The position numbers and the translations under genes are program-made. The notes beneath the pieces were generated by a model. The model ran no database searches. It saw only the letters and a program-made list of their open reading frames with translations, and was not told where the DNA came from. A DNA stretch of 64,000 nucleotides. Source: Candidatus Saccharimonadota bacterium (GTDB lineage: Bacteria > Patescibacteriota > Saccharimonadia > Saccharimonadales > 2-12-FULL-41-12). Shown in pieces: positions 56,909-64,000 of the stretch; the stretch's first letter is position 1; each line of letters begins with the position of its first letter. The stretch is from positions 10,444-74,443 of the forward strand of contig JALHOM010000001.1 of the NCBI GenBank assembly GCA_022842995.1, in the 5' to 3' direction.

Positions 56909-57988
56909 ATGAGTTTATCTATCGCAATTGTTGGCTTGCCGAATGTCGGTAAGTCTACCCTATTTAATGCACTGACCAACAGTAACATTTTGGCGGCTAA
57001 TTATCCGTTCGCGACGATCGAGCCAAATACCGGGATCGTGCCAGTACCTGACGATCGATTAAACAAGCTCGCCCAGATGTATTCTGCACAAAAAATCGTC
57101 CCCGCCACAGTAACCTTTGTCGATGTTGCCGGCCTGGTTGCTGGCGCTAGCCAAGGTGAAGGTTTAGGCAACCAATTCTTAAGTCATATCCGGAGCTGCA
57201 ATGCTATTTGCCAAGTAGTACGCGCGTTTAATGACGACAATGTGGTGCACGTCGACAACCATCTCGACCCACAAAAAGACATGGACGTCATCAATACCGA
57301 GCTAGTACTTGCCGACCTCCAGACCCTCGAAAAACGCCTACCCCGCACCGAAAAAGAAGCCCGCGCCAACCCTAAACTCAAACCGCTTGTCGACACGCTA
57401 AACAAAGTAAAATCAATTCTAGACAGTGGTACGCCACTTGCCCATGCCGGCGAGGAAATTGACCCAGAGCACATCGCTGATTTGCAGCTTATCACTGCTA
57501 AACCGATGATCTATCTATTTAATGTCGACGAGGATACGCTCACTAATGAATCCCGTAAAAACGAGCTAAAAGCCCTCGTTGGATCCGCTGAGGCTATTTT
57601 TGTATGCGCCAAGTTAGAGAGCGAACTAGCCGGTCTAGACGAATCAGAAGCCGGCGAACTGCTCGAAACGTACGGCGTTGAAGAGTCAGGCCTTAAGCAA
57701 CTAATTCACGCCGCCTACGACACACTCGGCCTGCAGAGCTACTTAACAGCTGGCGAAAAAGAAGTGCGCGCCTGGACAATCAAGAAAGGCTCGACAGCCC
57801 CACAGGCCGCCGGCGTTATTCACGGAGATTTTGAGCGTGGTTTTATTGCGGCGCAAATCGTCAGCTACCTGGATCTTATGGAAGCTGGTTCCGAAAGTGC
57901 CGCCCGCTCGGCTGGCAAAATCCGCACCGAAGGCAAAACCTATATCATGCAGCCAGATGATGTTGTCGAGTTCCGCTTCAACGTCTAG
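56909..57988 (+). CDS. ychF: ribosome-binding ATPase YchF (Obg-family)
   Basis: IVGLPNVGKSTLFNALT Walker A, NxxE instead of NKxD, C-terminal TGS domain. Confidence 0.9.
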   Translation: MSLSIAIVGLPNVGKSTLFNALTNSNILAANYPFATIEPNTGIVPVPDDRLNKLAQMYSAQKIVPATVTFVDVAGLVAGASQGEGLGNQFLSHIRSCNAICQVVRAFNDDNVVHVDNHLDPQKDMDVINTELVLADLQTLEKRLPRTEKEARANPKLKPLVDTLNKVKSILDSGTPLAHAGEEIDPEHIADLQLITAKPMIYLFNVDEDTLTNESRKNELKALVGSAEAIFVCAKLESELAGLDESEAGELLETYGVEESGLKQLIHAAYDTLGLQSYLTAGEKEVRAWTIKKGSTAPQAAGVIHGDFERGFIAAQIVSYLDLMEAGSESAARSAGKIRTEGKTYIMQPDDVVEFRFNV

Positions 57989-58043
57989 TGATCCCCAAAA
58001 CTAAACTGCCAACAATTTGATATCATCAAGCCGCTTGATTAGT

Positions 58044-58820
58044 TTATGCATGAACTAGAGTCGGTCGAGACTGATTCGGGCTTGTCTCCGACAAACGAAT
58101 CAAACGCCTGGTGGTCCTGAAAATTCCACGAATAAGACCATCCTGGCAAGGATCATACTCCGCTACGTTAAATATATAGAACGGATCTTGATCAGTAAAA
58201 TAATAGTCTGTTGTGTCTAACCTGGTGCGTACCTCCTGCATAAGAGCATACTCGCCACTGTTATAAAATTTATTTACCCGATCAACATCAATTGTGTAGT
58301 CGCTACAGCTATGCAACTTAACCCATGCTATACCTAGATTGGCTAACCAACCCTGCAAATTTCTGAAGTTTTTACCCGCCTGAGGTAATTCAACGAACCT
58401 ATCGTGCAGAATAGCCATCTCGGGTGTTTGGTACTTTGTCACTAGTCCAGAATCAACCACTTCCTCGATGTCTTTACCTTGTTCTAGAGCTCGACTAACC
58501 AGTGACCGCCAACCCTTGGATAATACAGAAAATTGCAGATCCACTCCGTGAATTGCTGGTTCTCTGGTCGAACCCATAACGTTCCTAACATTGCCCTCTA
58601 TGTTACGCGCCACCATTTCAAATACACCAACCCCAAGCAACGGCTCAATATGCCATGAGTCAGATAGTATACCTTGAAGTTCTTCTACTCTGGCGCGACC
58701 ACGACTATCTCTGTTGAGCCCTGTCTTTGGGCTAAGTCTTTCGGCGTATGCCTCAATTAGACCTGGCAACATTTGATGAAAAACGGGCGCATCTTCTGCT
58801 ATTCGATTACCTTTTGACAT
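58044..58820 (-). CDS. hypothetical protein (258 aa), downstream partner of the ParA/NifH-like ATPase
   Basis: No recognisable motif. A 36-bp gap to the upstream ATPase gene suggests co-transcription. Confidence 0.4.
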   Translation of the reverse strand: MSKGNRIAEDAPVFHQMLPGLIEAYAERLSPKTGLNRDSRGRARVEELQGILSDSWHIEPLLGVGVFEMVARNIEGNVRNVMGSTREPAIHGVDLQFSVLSKGWRSLVSRALEQGKDIEEVVDSGLVTKYQTPEMAILHDRFVELPQAGKNFRNLQGWLANLGIAWVKLHSCSDYTIDVDRVNKFYNSGEYALMQEVRTRLDTTDYYFTDQDPFYIFNVAEYDPCQDGLIRGIFRTTRRLIRLSETSPNQSRPTLVHA

Positions 58821-58856
58821 TTATATTTCTCCTCTTTTTTTATTGAAACTAATTTT

Positions 58857-59693
58857 TTATTCGGTCTTTACTAACCTGCTTCTTGCTCTTTGCAACCTTA
58901 TCGCTCTCGAGCTGTTAAAACCTTGTGACATACCAACAAGCTTTGTAAATTCCTGATAGTCATGATCGCTCGGACCGACAACGCCATATTCGACCTCGGC
59001 GAGCTGCTCCAATTCATGAAAAATCAGATCTGGAGGTCGACCAAACCTCTCGGATACCCGGTCAGTTTGTGATTTTGAACGTACTTTATTCAAAGCCAAA
59101 ATATGAGACACCCTCAAGTAATCCAGCTCTTGTATTATTTGCTGCGCGGTAGCGACCGAAGCGGCAGTACCTTCGCTCACAACCACAGCCAAGTCAACAC
59201 CAGCTGCCACGCCGGTGCCTACGCCATCTGTACCGGCCTTTTCATCTATCACCACCCACTGACCATTAGCTAGCTCTAAGTTTGGCAAAAGTAGTTTCAG
59301 TGGCGTAAATAGCGAATGACTACACGACCTGTCCGCTCGGATATCATCAGTATGACCACCACATTTCATCAACGATATCTTCCCTAAGCTCACCGAATAC
59401 TTACGAAAGAACTCTGACTCAACATCAAATGCGATATGTCTTTCAGCTGTCAGCAATGCCTCGCGGTAGTCCTGACAAGATGTTTCGCCAATCAAATTTA
59501 TAAGCTCTTCCAACGCACCAGAATACGGAACTACATCGCGATCACCCAACAGAGCGCTCGCCAGGTGCATATTGTGATCAGCGTCGATCGCCAAGACTCT
59601 TTCTACGGCTGGATCATTCTCAAGATACTTAACAAAGCTCGTTGCCAACGTAGATTTTCCGGCCCCTCCTTTCCCCACAAATTCAACAATCAT
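58857..59693 (-). CDS. ParA/MinD/CooC-NifH-like deviant-Walker-A ATPase (start moved to MIVEFVGKGG)
   Basis: Deviant Walker A VGKGGAGKST, then LAIDADHNMHL, the ParA/CooC-type second motif. The track ORF has a 98-codon N-terminal extension overlapping the divergent promoter. Confidence 0.6.
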   Translation of the reverse strand: MIVEFVGKGGAGKSTLATSFVKYLENDPAVERVLAIDADHNMHLASALLGDRDVVPYSGALEELINLIGETSCQDYREALLTAERHIAFDVESEFFRKYSVSLGKISLMKCGGHTDDIRADRSCSHSLFTPLKLLLPNLELANGQWVVIDEKAGTDGVGTGVAAGVDLAVVVSEGTAASVATAQQIIQELDYLRVSHILALNKVRSKSQTDRVSERFGRPPDLIFHELEQLAEVEYGVVGPSDHDYQEFTKLVGMSQGFNSSRAIRLQRARSRLVKTE

Positions 59694-59802
59694 AAATGCT
59701 AATGTACGTCGCTTCAAAATTTTCTGCAACTTTGTCGCATTAATATACATAAATGCGATATTAGCTTGTAAGTAGTCACTATACAAAGTATAGTGTAGCA
59801 AT

Positions 59803-60558
59803 ATGAACGATTCAGCACTGAGTATCTCGAAACTCAAAAAAACATATTCTAACGGCACGATCGCCCTAAAAGGTATCGACCTTGAGATTCCGGAAGGTTC
59901 GTTCTTTGGACTACTTGGACCAAACGGTGCCGGTAAATCTACCATCATCAACATCGTTATGGGCCTCGCCCGTCCCAGCTCTGGCAATGCAACGGTTTTT
60001 GGCCATGATGTCGTGAGCGACTACCAAAAAGCTCGGAGCCATGTGGGCCTTGCTCCACAAGAGGTAAATCTGGACTGGTTCTTGACCGTCCGCGACACCC
60101 TGGACTATCACGGTGGATACTACGGCATGCCCAAAAAACTACGCAAAGAACGTATCGACGAATTGCTCGAAGTATTCTCTTTAACCGAAAAAGCTGACGT
60201 TAATACGAGGATGCTGTCTGGTGGCATGAAACGCCGAGTCATTTTAGCCCGCGCAATGATGCATCGTCCAAAAATTCTTATTCTAGACGAACCGACGGCC
60301 GGAGTTGACGTCGAACTACGACTAGAACTCTGGAAATATATGGAGAAGGTCAACAAAGAAGGAACTACTATTCTACTAACGACCCACTACATAGAAGAAG
60401 CTGAACAAATGTGCGATCAACTAGCCCTGATCAATAACGGCAAAATCGTCAAAACTGGAACCTCTTCCCAGCTTAAAAAAGCTTACAAACAAAAAACTTT
60501 GGAGGATGTTTACCTGGAAATGGTTGGGCGCGGTGAACTTACGAGGACTACGCGATGA
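59803..60558 (+). CDS. ABC transporter ATP-binding protein (ABC-2 exporter type)
   Basis: Walker A GPNGAGKST, signature LSGGMKRRV, Walker B ILILDEPTAGVD. Confidence 0.85.
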   Translation: MNDSALSISKLKKTYSNGTIALKGIDLEIPEGSFFGLLGPNGAGKSTIINIVMGLARPSSGNATVFGHDVVSDYQKARSHVGLAPQEVNLDWFLTVRDTLDYHGGYYGMPKKLRKERIDELLEVFSLTEKADVNTRMLSGGMKRRVILARAMMHRPKILILDEPTAGVDVELRLELWKYMEKVNKEGTTILLTTHYIEEAEQMCDQLALINNGKIVKTGTSSQLKKAYKQKTLEDVYLEMVGRGELTRTTR

Positions 60559-60631
60559 GTAGGATATATTTTTCTTCAAAGCATTTGAACCAACAGCTGA
60601 TATTTTTATTCTCAAAAGATAAGCAGGCGCA

Positions 60632-61402
60632 ATGATGTATAGATTTTTACCGTTCTGGACAGTACTTCGACGTGAACTCTACCGTTTCTGGGGAATTAAG
60701 CGTCAGACCATTCTTGGCCCACTACTAGAAACTTTCCTCTATATCAGCATTTTCGGTGCCGCACTAGGTAGCCGAATCAACGAACTCGACGGCGTACCCT
60801 ACATTATCTATATCATTCCAGGACTCTTAATGATGGCCTTTGCAATGAACACGTTCTCAAACAACGCATCATCGCTGATGCAGCAAAAAATTCAAAAATC
60901 TATCGACGACCAGCTTGCGTCACCCGTTTCGAATACTCAACTCTTTATGGCCTATGGAATGGGCGGGCTTATCAGGGCTAGTATTATCGTTTTTATAACG
61001 TGGCTGACGGCATTTATCCTCATCGACGACCTGCCCATGGCGCACCCATTCTTCTTCTTGTTAAGCCTCGGTTTGATCGGTTTTTTCTTCGCCATGCTGG
61101 GCGTATTCGTGGGGCTAAGGGCCGAAAAATTCGACGACTTGAGCCTATATGGAACATTCATTTTGCAACCACTCATATTCTTGGGAGGTGTTTTTTATTC
61201 GGCCGAATTACTGCCGCCACTGTTCGAGACACTGACCAAATTTAACCCGCTCTACTACATGATCAACACAGTACGCTACAGCATGCTCGGCCAAGCCGAC
61301 GTCAACGCTGCCGTCTGCTTAGCAGTAATAGCCGTCGCCGGGCTCGCCCTCTTCGGACTCAATTACAAATTGTTTTCGTCGGGCCACCGCCTCCGGCCAT
61401 AA
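60632..61402 (+). CDS. ABC-2 family transporter permease
   Basis: Six TM helices, 256 aa, 73-bp gap after the ATPase gene. Confidence 0.75.
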   Translation: MMYRFLPFWTVLRRELYRFWGIKRQTILGPLLETFLYISIFGAALGSRINELDGVPYIIYIIPGLLMMAFAMNTFSNNASSLMQQKIQKSIDDQLASPVSNTQLFMAYGMGGLIRASIIVFITWLTAFILIDDLPMAHPFFFLLSLGLIGFFFAMLGVFVGLRAEKFDDLSLYGTFILQPLIFLGGVFYSAELLPPLFETLTKFNPLYYMINTVRYSMLGQADVNAAVCLAVIAVAGLALFGLNYKLFSSGHRLRP

Positions 61403-61501
61403 CCCCAGTCGACTTTGCTCGTTAGTTATAGCCAGCACAGATGCAACCCTAATTCTAAGCGCACCACACAAATAATCGACTTCCTCCACCCCAAAACTAC
61501 G

Positions 61502-61547
61502 CTCAAAATTTGTACTACACTTTTTGAACGATCGTCACAATTTTGAG
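61502..61547. repeat. palindrome family copy C: half-site TACTACACTTTTTGAACGATCG nested in an imperfect 46-bp palindrome (CTCAAAATT...AATTTTGAG)
   Basis: Read directly. The left arm is identical to copy B; the right arm is replaced. Confidence 0.8.
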
Positions 61548-61578
61548 GTATAAATTTACGTGTTAACAGATACAGGCG

Positions 61579-61614
61579 TGTTCCACTTTTTTAACGATCG
61601 TTCAAAAAGTGGAA
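61579..61614. repeat. palindrome family copy D: GTTCCACTTTTTTAACGATCGTTCAAAAAGTGGAAC (36 bp, one mismatch)
   Basis: Read directly. Same core and CGATCG centre as copies A and B. Confidence 0.85.
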
Positions 61615-61718
61615 CTGGTTGTGGTTAGGGTTTTTCTGGCTTATTTTGGCGATAAGCGTGTAGCGAATCTTTGATCGAATATGGACCGGGATAAGATAAC
61701 GCGGTTACCCTGCCGAGA

Positions 61719-62678
61719 TTACGGGAGCATGATATTGTCGATTTGTTCGGCCAGGTCGGCAATGTTTTGCCAGGATCCATTTTCGGTCATTATCACTACT
61801 ACATAACGAGCGCTATCGTGTGTAACAATTGCAGCGTCGTGTTTAACGTTATCGATATCGCCGGTTTTATTGGCTACCAGACATTCCTGGCCGCAGCCTT
61901 TAGGAATCCCGTTGCGAAACTTCTGGGCATACAAGGCGTCAAACACCGCTCTTCGCGCCTTGTCGCTGAGTATCTGGCTGTTTTGAAGCCGGTACATCAT
62001 TTCAGCAACGTCGCGAGCAGTGGTAGTATTGCCTGATTTATCGCTAATATTCGTATGCGTGAACCCCAATGATGCATTCAGCGGGTTAACGTTTTTCCAC
62101 CCGGCATACTCACCTACCGATCGGGGGCATTCGTTATCAGAGACTTTTATCATGGCGATGACGCAGTCATTAATCGTTCCCTTACCCAAACGGCTCTTCC
62201 AGTTATCGGCATTAATTTTTTTCTCGAGGGCTGGTAGCAAAAACAATTTATACAGACTGGCCGACTCCATTTTACGATCGGAATTTATGTTTGCCATCCG
62301 ACCAGTATTTAAGTCACGAACCGATACGGCCCACGTAACCGACTTCGGCATGCCGTCGATTTTTTTCTTTATTTCATTAGAAAGTTTTTCGTCTTCACGT
62401 AATCGGAAAGCTTGCGGTGAAAGATTTTCTGAATCTTGTTCGTCAAGGCTAGCAGGCTTTTCTGAAGGGGTCTCATTGGACTGCAAGACCGGTCGTGGAG
62501 ACGTAAGGAAATGGAACTGCTTGTACCCAAAATAGCCCCCGCCACCAAGGGCAGAAAAAACCAAAACCATCGGCAAAAGTACGGTCAATAAACGAGAGCG
62601 ACCTCGCGCTACCGTTCCACTTTGATAATTGTAGTACCGAATATCTCGGCCACGAATAAGCTTTGTGTTGCGTTTCAA
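61719..62678 (-). CDS. class A beta-lactamase-like serine hydrolase, membrane-anchored
   Basis: SLYK (SxxK), SDN and KTGD (KTG) motifs in the canonical order and spacing. N-terminal TM. Confidence 0.7.
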   Translation of the reverse strand: MKRNTKLIRGRDIRYYNYQSGTVARGRSRLLTVLLPMVLVFSALGGGGYFGYKQFHFLTSPRPVLQSNETPSEKPASLDEQDSENLSPQAFRLREDEKLSNEIKKKIDGMPKSVTWAVSVRDLNTGRMANINSDRKMESASLYKLFLLPALEKKINADNWKSRLGKGTINDCVIAMIKVSDNECPRSVGEYAGWKNVNPLNASLGFTHTNISDKSGNTTTARDVAEMMYRLQNSQILSDKARRAVFDALYAQKFRNGIPKGCGQECLVANKTGDIDNVKHDAAIVTHDSARYVVVIMTENGSWQNIADLAEQIDNIMLP

Positions 62679-62814
62679 TTTTTTTCTCTTTGTTTAACTT
62701 TTATTTTGCGGATTAAAAGTTTGTCTTTGTTCCACTCTTTGACTTTTTTGTCTGTTTCGAGTTTCTACACGAAGATTACCACACACCCTGAAATAAGCGC
62801 AAGCAATTCACGAA

Positions 62815-63501
62815 TTAGTTATTCGCAGCAGATTCTGTATCTGTTCTATCCCAACTGAGTACAATTTTTTGCATAATTTCTACCACTGTCTTATCGTCCG
62901 GAATAGCGTTCAAATCATAGTAGTGATTCACGCCGATAAAACTCTCGACACTACGCAAACAAAAAATTTGATCAACCAAGACATGCATCTTATCTATCGC
63001 CTTCCCCGAAGCTATAGGCGTAGCAATTATAAGTTTTTTAATATCAATGCCCTTTAAAAAGTGGGCAGCTAGTTCAAGCGATAGAGCGTTATTGAGCCCG
63101 TCAGAAACAAGAATAATCGTATGGCGTTTTAGTAACTGGCGTGGGATGGTTCCGTCCTTCCCGGCTACATGATTAAGCTTCAAAAATTCATTTAAGCTAC
63201 GCTGGTCGGTGTACATTCGAAAGGCATCGGCATCTTCTTCGAGGGCACCGAAAGCAATGGCCGTATTATAAGAAAAAACTCCGCCCGAGCCTAAAGCAGT
63301 GGCTTCGCCGTCGCTGTCACCAGCAACTTTTTGAGATGCAAATATATACAAACTACAATGAATTCTTCTGGCGATCTCGGCCCCCACTACTACCGCTCCT
63401 TCACTCAAGGCGATAACCAGTGTGTTGTCGCCACTAAATTGAACAGCGACTTGGTCGGCAAGCAGGTTTCCGGCAGCCGTTCTGTCTGGGAAATAATTCA
63501 T
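62815..63501 (-). CDS. phosphoribosyltransferase-fold (PRTase type I) family protein
   Basis: HTIILVSDGLNNALSL PRPP-binding-like loop. An N-terminal half-domain repeat reads TLVIALSEGAVVVGAEIA. Confidence 0.5.
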   Translation of the reverse strand: MNYFPDRTAAGNLLADQVAVQFSGDNTLVIALSEGAVVVGAEIARRIHCSLYIFASQKVAGDSDGEATALGSGGVFSYNTAIAFGALEEDADAFRMYTDQRSLNEFLKLNHVAGKDGTIPRQLLKRHTIILVSDGLNNALSLELAAHFLKGIDIKKLIIATPIASGKAIDKMHVLVDQIFCLRSVESFIGVNHYYDLNAIPDDKTVVEIMQKIVLSWDRTDTESAANN

Positions 63502-63513
63502 ACCACCACACTA

Positions 63514-64000
63514 CTACTTTGTGACTGCTGGCGTCAAAACATAAAAACGCTCTTTGTTACCTTTTTCTCCAGAAACAGCGCTGTCTTGCTTTTTGCGTAT
63601 TATAAAATCTTTCTTAACCCAAGCTTCAAAATCCTGCAAAATCTGGCGACGCATTGCTTCATTTTTGATCACGCCTTTATGCTTCAAGTTGCTATTAATC
63701 GCTTCAAACTGAGGCTTAACCATCGCGAGCACAACAGCACCACTCCTGGTAAGTTTCGCGACACTCGGAAGCACACTCCGAAGAGAAATAAACGACACAT
63801 CAATAACTACGATTTCAGGAGATGGCACAAGTTTTTTCAAATCGCGAATATCTGTTTGTTCATGAAGCTCAATCCGATCATCCGTTCGCAGTGTGGGGTG
63901 AAGCTGATTAGTGCCTACATCGACGGCATACACTTTGACGGCTCCATGACGAAGAGCATAATCGGTGAAGCCACCAGTACTGCTGCCGACGTCGAGAACA
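63514..64000 (-). CDS. tlyA: TlyA-family rRNA 2'-O-methyltransferase (5' part beyond the window end; the N-terminus is not in the window)
   Basis: The reading frame continues upstream of the track ORF: VLDVGSSTGGFTDYALRHGAVKVYAVDVGT (SAM-binding motif), then VVIDVSFISL and KPQFEA. Confidence 0.7.
   Translation of the reverse strand, partial: VLDVGSSTGGFTDYALRHGAVKVYAVDVGTNQLHPTLRTDDRIELHEQTDIRDLKKLVPSPEIVVIDVSFISLRSVLPSVAKLTRSGAVVLAMVKPQFEAINSNLKHKGVIKNEAMRRQILQDFEAWVKKDFIIRKKQDSAVSGEKGNKERFYVLTPAVTK

Noticed and set aside
59694-59987. N-terminal 98-codon extension of track ORF 58857-59987
   Set aside because: It overlaps the divergent promoter region and the 5' end of the ABC transporter gene. 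The ATPase homology begins at MIVEFVGKGG.

Overview
This 64-kb window looks like a gene-dense chromosomal segment from a small-genome Gram-positive-type bacterium, possibly a Candidate Phyla Radiation/Saccharibacteria-like lineage. That lineage call is inference from gene content only.

Housekeeping genes include:
- the 5' part of gyrB and comM
- the infC-rpmI-rplT operon, rpmB, miaA, thrS, nrdR, ndk, xerC/D-like recombinase, ychF and a tlyA-like methyltransferase
- an ABC-2 exporter
- two class-A beta-lactamase-like serine hydrolases
- a processive GT2 glycosyltransferase
- a parvulin-type PPIase and an M14 carboxypeptidase

A complete type IV pilus locus spans about 35.5-47.2 kb. It carries pilM/N/O-like genes, pilB, pilT, pilC, a major pilin, prepilin peptidase PilD and four pilin-like minor subunits. 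Large secreted proteins follow it. An LPXTG-anchored surface protein is also present.

RNA genes, none of which are reflected in the ORF track:
- tRNA-Pro(GGG)
- tRNA-Val(GAC)
- tRNA-Asp(GUC)
- a tRNA-Thr(CGU) candidate
- a tRNA-Arg(CCU) candidate
- an aberrant tRNA-Gly(CCC)-like gene
- a bacterial RNase P RNA (rnpB) on the minus strand

Items worth a second look:
1. A family of 34-38 bp palindromes with an 11-6-11 architecture (CACTTTTTGAA-CGATCG-TTCAAAAAGTG). Two copies exactly bracket a 157-aa regulator gene that carries a Cas2-like C-terminal motif, next to the tyrosine recombinase. Two more copies lie at 61.5 kb.
2. An orphan VirD4/TraG-like coupling ATPase (1046 aa) co-transcribed with a Pro/Ala-rich small protein. 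It sits beside an unusual 1.45-kb non-coding AT-rich region that holds a 30-bp perfect palindrome.
3. A transglutaminase-like gene bracketed by 26-bp perfect direct repeats.
4. An NrdR-box-like palindrome overlapping the nrdR start codon.
5. An alkyltransferase-like (PWHRV) protein overlapping miaA.
6. tRNA-derived fragments next to an RNase H-like gene and in the tRNA cluster.
7. A ParA/NifH-like ATPase paired with an unknown 258-aa protein.

No CRISPR array, rRNA or clear IS element was seen.
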